The notes beneath the pieces are model-generated. The model worked only from the letters and a program-made list of their open reading frames with translations, was not told the origin of the DNA and ran no database searches. This document shows positions 46,307 to 58,712 of a stretch of DNA of 64,000 bases, piece after piece (position 1 is the stretch's first letter; every line of letters begins with the position of its first letter). Source of the DNA: Hormiphora californensis (lineage: Eukaryota; Animalia; Ctenophora); the NCBI GenBank assembly GCA_020137815.1, contig CM035351.1:5766001-5830000 (forward strand), written 5' to 3'. A program made the position numbers and the translations under genes.

Positions 46307-48714
46307 TAGTAGAGTCGATAACTACATCGACCTCTCCCAATTGTTCCAGTTTTTGTCACATCTGTTTGGAGCCTCGACACGACCTCTAAACAGGTGTTAC
46401 TTTTTCACAAACTGTTTTCATCTTGGTGTAATCAGCAGTTGAAATGTTGTTGATCATAACAAAAACCTGACTAAATTTTTTCAACTTGGGGTAAAACCAT
46501 GGGTGTCAAAAGTTAGCTCTAGGTCCCCTGAGTAACCATACGGAGACTCCAAGAGATATTTCAAGCCGTTATCCTGTAATCATTAATCCCGGTAGAGCAC
46601 ATATTTGAGTATGGACGTACGTGCAATTGCCTACAACCTCAACTTTAATGTATAACGTTAATGTGCGTCTCTCTCTTTTCTCCCCCTTGAGAAAGAGTTA
46701 TCTCGCGCGGCGCAACCGCACGTGCGGTTTTTCCAGAGAGAGTGAGAGACATACAATAACATGTAAACAGCCTGCCAGCGCTCACGTACGTCCGCATTGT
46801 ATTTTTTTCTCCACCGGGATTAATGATTACGGGAGAACGGCTTGAAATATCTCTTAGAGTCTCCGGATGGTTACTCAGGGGACCTAGAGCTAACTTTTGA
46901 CACCCATGGTTTTACCCCAAGTTGAAAAAATTTAGTCAGGTTTTTGTTATGATCAGCAACATTTCAACTGCTGATTACACCAAGATAATAATAATAATAA
47001 TAATAATAATATTCCGCGCTTATATACCGCCCATACCCGACGGAAATATGTCAAAATATTGGCGATGCTCCGTCTGGTCATCAGAGCGGTATATCCTCGA
47101 GTAAATATATGACACACACAAACACTCTGGTTGAAAAAGACAATATATAGAAGCCGATATAACTGGACTTATAAAACTGGTGGAAAAAACTGGTCCCATA
47201 AACCTGTAGATATAAATTTAAAACACACTATACTCACACCTGTTAGGAAAAAAGGATACTAGGTAGTGATTTAATAGCATGGCTAGAGAGAAGATGACAC
47301 CGATTGCCCGCAGGCTCCACAACTACAACAAACATTACAACTCAGCCGCGGGTTCCCCATCACCCACTCCAAATGCACCAACGAAGAGATGTGTCTTCAG
47401 ACGGGCCTTGAATGTATCCACATTGGGGATTGATCTGAGCTCAAGAGGTAACTCATTCCAAATAGTAGGCAGGAACACTGATAGTCTCCTACGTCTCAAC
47501 TTAGAGTTGGCGTTGATACTTGTCATCTTTGGGTGTTTTAATCTGTACGGATCAGTAACACTAGTCATCCTTGTTGTCCTGGAGAGACCCCAGCTGTCAT
47601 CAAGTGGCACCATTTCCTGGAGGTAACGGGGAGCTGTTCCATAGACTATTTTGTAGGCGATCAGACAGGCTTTGAAGTCCAGTCTGTAGGAGATGGGCAA
47701 GATATGGCACTGCCTGAAGTATTCCAAATAGCTTTCCTGGTGTCCATGGATGTTGTATATAAAGCGCACACAGGCGTTGAGAAGTTTCTGGAGCCCACTG
47801 AGAACTCGAACCGGAAGTCCACAGTACAGTATGTTACTGTAATCAATTCTTGATATGATCAATTGTTTGACCAACATTATCTTTGTTGGAATATCAAAAC
47901 ACCTGTGCAACTGCCAGAGATTCCGTAATGCCAATCCACACTGCTTTCTCACATTGTTGACCTGTCGTTCAAGATTGAGATTGTGATCCAGGAGGATTCC
48001 TAGGGTTTTCCCGGTTGTTCCACTACATTCACTAGGGGAGATTTCTGTTCCTCCAAAGTTAATGACTGGATCGAAAGTGACCTTGCCCAAGGAACTGCGC
48101 TTTCCAAGAAGGATGAATTCTGTCTTAGCCTCGTTGCACTTCAACCACTGTCCCACCATCCACCGCTTCACCTTCGCCAGACATTCCTCAATATCCACCT
48201 TTGCCTCCGACCAGCCAGTAGAATCTGTAGGAACCAGACTCACATAGAGCTGGGAGTCGTCCGCATATAACTTTATCCTGAGTCCATATGGTTCCACAAT
48301 GTCCTGTACAGCCTCAATGTATAGTAGAAACAAAATAGGACCCAGGAGGGACCCTTGGGGCACTCCACAGAGTAAGGCCAGAGTATCCGAGAGACACTCA
48401 CCAACCGAGACTCTACAAGATCTGGAACTCAGGTAGCTCTTAAACCATTGAAGAGGATCACCATCCACTCCAAAACGTTTCTGCAGCACCTCTAACAACT
48501 TCTCGTGATCCACTGTGTCAAACGCAGCGCTCATGTCCAAACATATGAGAGCCACAACATTTCCTTTATCCATCTCCCCTAACACATCATCGAACATACA
48601 TGAAAACAGTTTGTGAAAAAGTAACACCTGTTTAGAGGTCGTGTCGAGGCTCCAAACAGATGTGACAAAAACTGGAACAATTGGGAGAGGTCGATGTAGT
48701 TATCGACTCTACTA
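46307..48714. mobile_element. Academ-like foldback element (about 285-bp TIRs, ATA TSD) interrupted by a LINE
   Basis: TAGTAGAGTCGATAAC...GTTATCGACTCTACTA with ATA on both flanks. The right arm is split at CACCAAGAT|...|ATGAAAACAG. Confidence 0.9.
46987..48599 (-). mobile_element. 5'-truncated LINE (CR1/L2-group) with RT domain and (ATT)n tail
   Basis: The ORF ending at 47335 contains LDMSAAFDTVDH, GVPQGSLLGPILF, YADD, KTEF and RIDYSN. A 3' UTR and (ATT)n tail follow at 46987-47010. Confidence 0.95.
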
Positions 48715-48846
48715 ATAACTATACCGGCATTGTTATTATTTTCAATAGTTGTCCCTACAGCTAGGATCAGGAAAAACAGGATAAAAACAAATAAATATTA
48801 CACACTGGGGGACCCCCTCTCAAATTCCCCAATCTCACTGAACATC

Positions 48847-51431
48847 TCACGGGAAAACTTCGCTGTTGAAATCGCTAGACACACTGGTTAGTCCATGTTC
48901 AGCGTCTGCGTATCTGTACGTGGACCGTCTCTGGCCCTCCTCTGTAGCAGGACAGGACATTCGGAGGAGGATAACGACAAGAAAGATGGTTCCAACGGTT
49001 CCACCAACAAGAATTATTAATCTCTGGGAGATCTTATCGAAATCAGTGGAAATACTCTGCGGAGAGAAAAATTGGGTTAAAGTAAAATACAGCTGTATTA
49101 TTTCGTTGTTAAAGTATACCCAAACTAAAAAGACCCTCACTCGGGTTTTGTGAAATCTCCTGCAGTCATTATTCCACCACCTGATGAGATAAAGACTTGA
49201 CATTTTGAGGTTAGGTAGATCATGTCGAGCTCTTCCTAACTTCAAAAGTCTCTATCCGTCATCAGGGGGTGTGGAGCAATGATTGTGGGCCGTGGGAAGT
49301 TTCGCAAAACCCAAGTAAAGGTATTTTTAGGTTTGGTTTTACTGATTATTAGCCGTAAAATTATTGTCTTGCTTTGTAATGTTTTTACGGAGCACAGAGA
49401 GAGGGTCGAAAAGGGCAAGTCTTGCGCCCCCTGCAGCCAAAGTCGGATTTTTTGAAGTTGTCACCGCCCTGGGTAGCGCAGGAGTTTTTATTTGCCCGCC
49501 GGAAACTTGTTTTGGCTCCCACGCCTTTGTTTCTTGACCAATTTTGTCAAACAAAACTTTACGGGCTCACAAAATTATGCTCTTTCTGATGATGTGCGGC
49601 TTTTTTGCCAAAAAGTGAGAGCAAGTGGGGGCTGTCACACACAAATACGACGCCGCGCGTGAAAAGGGGCGGGGGGTGACAACTTCAAAAAATCCGACTT
49701 TACCCCTATTTGATGCTCATCAGTCATCACACATCAAAGTGATGAAATACTTTTACATATTATTGCATCATGTCGATCTGTTGCTATTGTTTTGGCTAAA
49801 GTTTGAAACTTCCTTTTACAGTATTATCAACCCACCCAACCCATTATCAACACTTTGTTATATACATACTTATTGTTACCATGTGATCGTGTTTTTCTTT
49901 CTTATACTTTTTAAGTGAGTAACTTAAAGTTAACATTTAAAGCGCAGGGACCGCACTATTCAACCACGCCCTATTGTAAAAGAGCTATTTTACCTCGTCA
50001 AAATTGTTCCATGTGTGCTCCGGAAGTTGGGGATGATGTAAAACGGGGGCCTCGTCATGGACCCCTTTAGAGAACTCCACGGCAGGATCCGCCGGCCGTT
50101 GTCGAACCGGTTGTTGTTGTTGTTGATGTTGTTGTTTAACGGCCATTAACTTCTCATGCAACCTACTATCACGATCACCCTGATCCTGGGTGGCTCTTGG
50201 CTCATTTCTACCACGCTGATCTCCACTCTTTAGAGGTGCAGGTGAATCTTTTACAGGTTCTCGTTTAATGGCAGATCCTGGTTTTGCTGGTTCAACTTTA
50301 GCTGGTTCAACTTTAGCTGGTTCAACTTTTGCTGGTTCAACTTTCACCGGTTCAACTTTAACTGGTTCAACTTTAGTAGGGTCAACTTTCACCGGATCAA
50401 CTTTTGCTGGTTCAATTTTTGCTGGTTCAATTTTAGTAGGTTCCACTTTGACAGGTTCAACTTTTGCAGGTTCAACTTTTGCTGGTTCAACTTTAACTGG
50501 TTCAACTTTGACAGGTTCGGTTGATTTAGTAGATTCGGTTTTCACAGGTTCAACTTTTGCTGGTTGAACTTTAGCTGGTTCAACTTTCACAGAATCTACT
50601 TTAGCTGGTTCAACTTTCACAGAATCTGCTTTTGCCGGTTCAACTTTCACAGAATCTGCTTTTGCCGGTTCAACTTTCACAGAATCTACTTTTGCTGGTT
50701 CAACTTTCACGGAATCTGCTTTAGCTGGTTCAACTTTCACAGAATCTACTTTTGCCGGTTCAACTTTCACAGAATCTGCTTTAGCTGGTTCGGTTTTCGT
50801 AGAATCTACTTTAGCTGGTTCGGTTTTCGTAGAATCTACTTTTGTTGGTTCAACTTTCACAGCTGTTCCTGTTTCGGGTAAAGCAAGTTCAACCTTAGCA
50901 GGTTCAGTCTGCACTGTTTCAATTTTCGATGATTCAGTTGCCGGGGTAGTGATGGGGGCCACTACCACATGTTCCTGCTTCTCAGTCTGCAAGTCCACCT
51001 GGGGAAATGCGTTGACCCCATTCAAGTCTACATAATCCTGGGAACCACCGGGTTCGTCCATCCCAAAAGCATCCTCTCCTTCAGAACCAGTCAAGAAATC
51101 TCCATCGTCGTATGAGAAGGCCTCATCGGGTTCCTTGTCATCCTCTTCATTTGTAAGGATGTCCGGGTTATCCTTTACAATATCTGCCAGGGCCAGGGCA
51201 AGGGAGGATGGCTCTGTTTTTTCGTCCCCAACCTCGTATTTCTCAGGGCTGGTCCTCATGATCGTCCTCCATTGAGGCGGCGAGAATATCACTGGTATCA
51301 AAACCAAACTCCTCCGGAACCGTAGCGTCTTCATCATAGCTCTCAAAATCGGCAGTGTCGATGTCCACCAACCAGGCTGGGGCCAGTTGGAGAAGGAGGA
51401 TGAGCGATAGGAAGATGTGACCAAACGCCAT
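48847..51431 (-). CDS. Type I membrane protein with acidic region and long KVEPA/KVDSV pentapeptide repeat (2 exons; frameshift about 51243)
   Basis: Signal peptide MAFGHIFLSLILLLQLAPA, acidic stretch and 15-bp repeats (about 50280-50860). A phase-0 intron (49993-49057) leads to an exon with a TM segment (LIILVGGTVGTIFLVVILL) and a cytoplasmic tail. Confidence 0.75.
49439..49701. mobile_element. MITE-like element with 27-bp inverted repeats, intronic
   Basis: AAAGTCGGATTTTTTGAAGTTGTCACC ... GGTGACAACTTCAAAAAATCCGACTTT. Confidence 0.65.
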
Positions 51432-52418
51432 ATCGCTAAAATTAGAGAATTGTGTTAGCGGTGTTATAGTATAAAGTAGAATTAAAAGTAGATCAAGTAT
51501 ACTGACTTGATCTGAACACAAGAAATTCATGGAAGTCGAGATGAACAAACAAAGAGTTGAGTGCTCGAAGTATGATGTTTTATTCAAAGAAACTTGGAGC
51601 ACTCAACACACTTACATCACTCAGTCGCGAGATATCTAAAATAGAATGAAACTCTGACCAAGATTTCGAGATAGAGAACGTAAACTGCAAGCAAAAAAGG
51701 TATAAAATAAATACTAAAACAGAAGTATCAACGTCAGAGATGCAAAGTCTTCCCCAGCTATTTTAAATCCGTAAGGTCTCTTTTTATGCGTATGGGCGTG
51801 GTTATAAAGCACGTAATGCACACAAGCTCACGCATAGGGGGACCGGGGAGGTGCAAATTCCAGATGGTAGAAGTTGTTACTCAACTAGTTACAACAAGGG
51901 GGGACACGCAAGGGGGGGGGGAGCGGCCGGCGGGGGCACAGATCGCGTAGTGAGATCAACATGACACTGAAGTTCGTAGTTTCGTACAATTATGAAACCA
52001 AACTAAACAGCTGGGAAACAATTTGCAAGAGGCTAATTTCATCACTGATACATCCCCCAGAACAGACAGACAGACAGACAGATAATGGTAAAATGTTCTG
52101 AACACAGCGTGGCGTGACGTACCCAGAGCATTTAGTTGTATTTATATAGTACACAACATCTGAGGCCCCGTTGTCGGCTTGTTGTTTCTCTTTCAGTGCT
52201 GTGCCGGTCATGAATCATCTTTAGTTCTCGTATGTACAACTTGTGAAGGAGGGGCGTGCCCATTCGAGAAACAGGGGCGCCGGCACGGGTATAGGCAGGT
52301 ATGGTGTGCGCTTTAGAGAGACAAGGCAAACCACAAGATTGATGCTGGGGAGTCTCCCGACCGGCAACCCCTTTCGACTTTTGAGCGATGTTGTGTTCTT
52401 ATAACCGCCAACCAGTGG

Positions 52419-53783
52419 TATAAGTATGCTGAGGAATTACTTACTAAACTAATAGAGCGGCAAGTTTTCGGCATAATCTTTATAAAGAGGACTACCTCCC
52501 TTACATGAGAGAAACCCACATTCTCCCTGTGGAGCAACGGGTGATCTTTAAGGCCTGTCTCATGGCCTATAAGATTGTACATGGAAGTGCTCCAGATTAC
52601 CTCATTGAGCAAATACCTACAGATATCGTTGATGTTACTTGCCGTACCAGATCGACTGCTGTTCCAGACCCTTATAAGCTCCAGTACCCGAAGCTGTCGA
52701 GCATTAATGCAAATTCTAAACTGAGGAAAAGGAGACCATCTGTTCTCCTGCCAGATCTGTGGAATGCACTCCCCCTTGAGTTGCGATCTCGGCCTGCTGT
52801 GGAATCTTTCAAAATGGGGTTAAAGACAAGATTGTTTGTGGATGCCTTTGGATCAGGCTAGTTCCGGTTGTTTTTCCTTTTTCCAGCCTACATCTTTTCT
52901 CGGTACCTACTCCTCCCATCACGCTGTACTGTCTAGCGTAAGTATTGTACTTAGGTCTGTATCTTACCTCGTGACAAGTTTTTAACTGATCTTTATTCGA
53001 TGGGTTTGCAGCATGAGTGAAGCACGAGTGTGTAATTTTTTTCCGATTTTCAGTTATCCAGTTGTTCAGAATCTGTTGTCTGAACATTTGATCTGTGTCT
53101 ATATTTGGAGTGATGAAGTGACAGTGGTGACATTTATCCTGTGGCCTTTTTTTTCGAGTTTTTTCTATTTTGGTCTGTTATGAGCCTAATCTGTTTTCCA
53201 CTTATGTGAGCCGGATAATTTGGATTTTTTCCACCGTTTTTTGTTTGAGTCTCTATATTTGGGTTAAGAGTTAGTTAACTGCTCTGAGTTTCCTCCAGTG
53301 GCAGCATCTGTAAAGCTCTGCTGTCCCTGTAGAATATGGGCAGGATATAAGTATGAATATTATTATTATTATTAAAGCTAATTCCACTTTTAGGGTACTC
53401 TATAGGGTCTAGAAACAACCCCTGAGTTTGTCTCAAAATCGGCGATGAAGAAGTTAGGTTTTTAGGGCCATTTCCATTACCTGCACTTCTAGCCTAGCTT
53501 AGGAAAGGTGCGGAGAAGACATCGATGACACTAAATTTATAGTCTCCTCGATTTCTTCTCTACTCCTTTCCCATATGCATACCAATGTATTCTTCTAAGC
53601 CTAGAAGTATAGGTAAATGGTGTTGTTCCAAAACCCCAAATTCTTCATCCCGTCCGCCGATTTTAAGAGAAACGCAAGGGGTTTTATAGGGACCCTACCC
53701 TAGTGGTGGATTAGCTTTAGAACGATCATACCGAAATCATATTACCGCTCTATAACAAGTATAATATAAGGCGTATACTTATA
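52419..53783. mobile_element. Old degenerate foldback element with a LINE fragment in its left arm
   Basis: Removing 52488-53377 restores ...ATAGAGCGG..TTTCGGCATAATCTTTATAAAGCTAATTCCAC, an imperfect reverse complement of GTGGATTAGCTTTAGAACGATCATACCGAAA..CCGCTCTAT. Confidence 0.7.
52488..53372 (+). mobile_element. 5'-truncated LINE fragment related to 46987-48599; TAAAG TSD
   Basis: HILP..R..FKACL.AYKIV.G.AP.YL and SINANSKLR.RR.SV.LP..WN.LPLELRS are shared with the other copy, as is the 3' end TATGGGC.G.ATATAAG...GAAT(ATT)n. TAAAG occurs at 52483-52487 and 53373-53377. Confidence 0.9.
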
Positions 53784-54687
53784 GCAAGTATCATACAGCC
53801 CGTTTGCAGGCCAAAAATAGCACTTGAATAAGAAAAAGAAGTTTCAACATCTGAGACTTGAGATGTGTTACATGACCAAGTAAGGAGTTAGAAAATACTG
53901 TTTTATTTAGCAATTAGCTCGCATATTTAAGAAACTTTTCAACAAGTAAGATTTTTTTTGCACAAGAGTAAGCAATCCTAAAATACGTTCTCATGGTTTC
54001 TTATTGCATTTTTATAAACTACAGAACCTTGAATCGTTCATACTTTCTTTTCATTCTAAAAAGCACGGACACAGTGTCAAGCGACTCAAGAAAATCTCAA
54101 GTACATCAAACGGCTACACACTTAGAAAACTAAAAAATATAAAAAGAGTCTCTCATCTCTATTAACATATCAAAGGTTGAAGTCGAAATTGTCCAGTGTT
54201 GGTGTTATTATGAGTATCCCACAACTCAACTTTTGAATCGTTGCTTATAAAATGAGGTATACCATTCTCTTAGAGAGCATTGTTAAAGTAACGTTCTTAA
54301 CTCAGTGAGCTCTGAATGGCATTGCATTTTACAAAGAAGCTCGATACTCTGGTGATACCGATATTGACCCCAATCATACCGTAATGATAGCTAGCTTAGA
54401 AGAAATCACCTCGTTCTTTGAAGAAAGCACTCTCGTGCTTGTTGAAAGGAGATGCAAATAAAAACAGAACTATGCCCCGGTGATAATGCAGGTCACCCTG
54501 CTGAATGGGGGCAGTCTTTTGTGTGACAAGAGCATAATATTAAGGGTGCAGTGATAATCAAGCAGAAAAAGAATAGAATTTTATCTAACACCGCTATTAC
54601 ATGAACTTAGAAATCATAAGGACGGAGGAGGATTTATGACGATTTTTGCTTATTTTCGACACTTTTGGAAGTACACAGATACTAGTA

Positions 54688-54828
54688 CAGTCGGACCCTG
54701 ATTTACCGGGATGCTTGGGGGAAAGGGTTTTGCCCGGTAAATCGGGGTGCCCGGTATATCGGGGTCAAATACTGTTAATTTCCTATTTCGGGGGAATATT
54801 ATCCTCCCGGTAAATCGGGGTCCGACTG
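54688..54828. mobile_element. Tc1/mariner-type MITE, TA TSD
   Basis: TA|CAGTCGGACCCTGATTTACCGGGA ... TCCCGGTAAATCGGGGTCCGACTG|TA. Confidence 0.9.
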
Positions 54829-54841
54829 TACTATGGCCAAC

Positions 54842-56015
54842 GTTAAAATCTGGGTGTTTGGAGTGTCAGCACTCACGGTTGGGGTTTTGGTTGGGGTTAG
54901 GGCTTGACATTTCCTATCAGATAAACTTTGGATTAGCCAACACTACAGCTATCGACTAAACGGTACCAGTTGGAGCTTCATCTTCCTCTTAGACCCCAAT
55001 AGTATAGTAGTACAATGTTTCCCTGTCTATTTACCCTGACCACGAATTCCTGGTGACAACTGACAACACCATCTATTGTTTACATATCAGCTAAGAAATG
55101 TTTCAGCTAAGAAAGGTTCCTTTATAAACTTCAATCAATCTCCGCACGTCATATGAGCTGTTCTATACTGTGATTGGTCAAAGTATGTCAAATAGTGCAG
55201 ACCTGGCCATTTCCGAAGTTGCTCATGCAGCACTTTTAAATAGCGATCCGTAAAGAAGTTCAAAAGCCTCGATGAGCCTCCAGTCACAGTATAGGAGATA
55301 CGCAGGGGGAGGGGCTCACCACAGCGTGAGAACATAGCGCTCATAGCGCTCATAGCAGGAGAAATGACCTGGACCAGTCTGAGTGGACTGGAGGCACTAT
55401 CCGCAGTAGGGGAAAAGGGTTTGCAGCTGGGAGCTGCAGCAGTTCTCGCGTTTTCCAGAGTTTATTCCCATCTGAAATTACTTATGTTGTAAACGTCTGA
55501 ATAAACTCTGGCAAACGCGAGAACTGCTGCAGCCCCCAGCTGCAAACCCTCATATCAGGAGACATGAGATAACCGTACCACGCTGTGTGATACTGGGGTG
55601 TCCACCTGCTCTGGGTTGTTGGTACTCAACAAGCTCTGCACGTCTCACAGGTATAACGAATAAAGGTGAAAGGTATGATATCTATTTTGGGTATACCTTT
55701 CTTTTCATCCTGTGGCGAGTCTCCTGTGGTTCACCTGTCTGGCACACGCTGGACAGGAGTCTCATGGCTCGAGCGGGCGCCGTTACTCGATCTGGGTGTA
55801 TAAAGGCCTGTTTATATGACAGGTGTGCGGCGCCAAAAAGTACCCTGCACTAAAATGGCTCTCACCACCAAACCGCTCAACCGTTTTGGCTAATTCAAAG
55901 TTTATCTGATAGAAAATCTCAAGCCCTAACCTCAACTCGAATCCCAGCCCTAACCCTGCTTTAGCCCTTACCCTAAAAACGTGAGTGCTGACACTCAAAA
56001 CACCCAGATTTTAAC
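54842..56015. mobile_element. TIR element with telomere-like (GGGTTA/CCCTAA) subterminal repeats
   Basis: GTTAAAATCTGGGTGTTTGGAGTGTCAGCACTCACG...TATCAGATAAACTTTG at the left pairs with CAAAGTTTATCTGATA...CGTGAGTGCTGACACTCAAAACACCCAGATTTTAAC at the right. No TSD was found. Confidence 0.7.
55416..55550. repeat. About 50-bp-arm hairpin nested in the TIR element
   Basis: AGGGTTTGCAGCTGGGAGCTGCAGCAGTTCTCGCGTTT... / ...AAACGCGAGAACTGCTGCAGCCCCCAGCTGCAAACCCT. Confidence 0.85.
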
Positions 56016-56583
56016 TCGGAAAACGCTGCTGCCTGCTGGCTCCCCGCAGCTCGGGATAAGGCAGCGCTTTTCAAAGATTTTAACGTTTAAAAAACTTCCT
56101 CGGCTCGAGTGCACCGGCCGCGGTGCTGCGCGTTTAGCTTTTTGCAAGAAAATGTTGAATTGTGTGCACAGTTGACAGAATTGAGCGCCGCGGCTAAAAA
56201 GTTCGCCGAAAACGCTGCAAAAGGGGAGCCGCGCAGTTTTTACAGTCGCGTCGCGTCGCGGGAAAAAGGTTTGTCGTTTTCTTCTTAACATTTCCGATGA
56301 TCTAAAAAGACTGTAAACCAGAGCCTAACCGCTAACGGGCAGCTCCTTCCCGTTTGGACGCCCAAAATCGATAAATTGTTAACACGGAGATGCAACCGCG
56401 GACCGCCACCTTGGTGGCGCCGTCACCTCTCTTTGCGGGCTTCGTTTTACCGCGCTACGCACGGGAGTTGTAAGATTAAGGGTGACTGCGGCATCAAACC
56501 GCCACCCAGAGGCCAGATCTGATATTATATAGAAAACTAAAAGCATCTAAGAAATATGAACAATTAAATATTAGAATCAAGCT

Positions 56584-57112
56584 ATGAACATTCCGTTGCC
56601 AGTGGTAGTTGACAAGTCTGTAAACCACTACACAACCCTCAATTGCAGCAGACACTCAGGACCTGAGCAGATTCAAGCTGAGTACAAGATTCTCGCTAAA
56701 CAGCACCACCCTGACACACCCAATGGAGATAAAGATATCTTTCAGGTAGAGAACTCATTGCCTTGTTCGACCCTCGGGTTTGAACAAAACAGAGAACTCA
56801 CCTCACAACCTCCCCAATATATGAAAATCTTTATTTCAATATTGTTTACAGAGAATTGAAGAGGCAAAAAGGGTTTTGCTCGAACCAACTGAGAGAAAGC
56901 AATACGACCAATGGCTTGACAGTGGTTTGTCCATAAGTTTCGAACTCTGGAAAGAGAGAGCACACAAGAACATGCATTGGAGCAATAAGAGTGATCTAGG
57001 AACGAGACTCCTCGATTCTTCAGATGTTCCAGTGTCCTCAACTGCTGGGAGCCCAGATTGGACTAGACACTCAGACCCCACTATCAACTTATTCAGACAG
57101 GGAAAATTGTAA
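56584..57112 (+). CDS. DNAJC12: J-domain co-chaperone, DNAJC12-like (2 exons)
   Basis: HYTTLNC...[17 protein letters not shown], then [16 protein letters not shown]...MHW and a terminal LFRQGKL, matching the DNAJC12 pattern. Confidence 0.85.
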
Positions 57113-57181
57113 AGATTGTTAAATGTTGTTGTGTGTGAACATTATAGTTTCTTTTATTTCAACTGTTTTTGTATATTTAGC

Positions 57182-58531
57182 ATGTCAGTTATCCCTTCGG
57201 ATAAGGTTGACAAAGCTAAGGAGGTGATTGGACAGATCCTTGATGAGGAGAAGGAGTACAAGATCAGGGAACTAAATCTGGTCACGGAGCGCCTCAGACA
57301 AACCGAGGATACTCTTGATAAACTTAGGTAAAACGGAAGTTTATAGTTTGAATTGGTCTTCTAACAAACAGGATGTTATGTTGGTAACACTCCAACACTA
57401 ATTTTATACTCTCCCAATAAGGTCCTATTTGTTGGGTTGTCTCTATACTGGTATACCTGAGGAAACGAAAGTGATCGTCCCAAAACGATATCCTATATTC
57501 GAGGTACAGGTTGATGTTATAAATATATCTACTACCCCCACAACTGCTTACTACCCCCTCCCCTACTCCCTCCCCTACCCACTACCTCTCCCCTCCCCTA
57601 CTCACCACCTCGCCAAATTGTTGCAGGATGATGTTGGAGTGAAATCACGAAGGGTCATCATTGGGAACGTTAGCAAGTACATATCAGCTGATCAGCGAGA
57701 TAAACACAGTGACCAGTAAGTCAGATCAGGGGGGGGGGGTTGTGTTGTACATGAGTACCATTATCATAGTGAAGAGACACATTGCAGTAGGGAGTTTACT
57801 GTCATTACCATCTTGCCAATGATTGTCTCGCTGATAGTGTTAGAATGCCCCACCACTATCCCCGGCAACTCCCCACACAGGTTTACCTATAAGTGGCTGT
57901 TATATGTGAGGACCCCGCCCGGTGATCCGCCCCTTGAAACCTTTGTATCTAAGGTAGTAGTTAAACTGGATCCTTCCTACATTCCTAACGATATCATCGA
58001 ACTGACAGACGTGAGTAGAGACGGAGAGATGTTAGTAGAAACTAAATTAAAAGTTAAAACTGATAAAATTCGTTGTTTTGTAAATTAATAACTGACGACC
58101 CTGATTCCTATCTCTCCTATCTCTAGGCTCCGTTTGAGGTCCGAAGGAGGGGTTGGGGTGAGTTCCCTGTGCAGCTAAAACTATTCTTTGGACACGATGA
58201 GAGAGAGGTCGATGTCACCCATAATCTGACTCTTGATACAACATTCTCAGGAGTTCAAACACCCGGATCAGAAACGGTAAGTTGTTACTTGTTTTGGATC
58301 TGAAGATCACCTGCGTGGAGAAGTGCGTTGTGCCCAATACTCTAATATTCGTGTTTTCAAATCCCGTTCTAACTCTACCTCCTATCACACCTAACTTAAC
58401 ACACTCTCTTACAGATAGTGGAGATTGAGTTTGGTTGCTATCAGAACGAGATGCCCCGAAATAGGATATCAGACATCAAAAGGACTAACGCTCGTACTGT
58501 CCCAGCAAATATTGACCTGTCTAAATCATGA
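57182..58531 (+). CDS. YEATS2: Short YEATS2-like protein (N-terminal coiled coil + YEATS domain; 6 exons)
   Basis: RVIIGNVSKYI, TYKWLLYVR, FVSKV..KLDPSYIPND, APFEVRRRGWGEFPV and HNLTLDTTFSGVQTPGSETIVEIE. Confidence 0.85.
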
Positions 58532-58712
58532 TATAGAATGTGTTTTTAGTGAGAGCGGGTTTTTATTAAACTTTTAACCGTTTTTTGTAAACTTTTACAC
58601 TCCTTTAGTGAGTACTGAGTAGTGAAAATAAACTGTCTTTTTATTGAACTTATACAAAAACAAACTGGAAACTTTGAATCTCATACCACGACACATATAT
58701 CTCCTAGCCAGG

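Noticed and set aside
48598-48627. Apparent N-terminus (MLLFHKLFSC) of the 430-aa RT ORF
   Set aside because: It is read from the MITE arm across the LINE truncation point. No evidence for a functional chimera.
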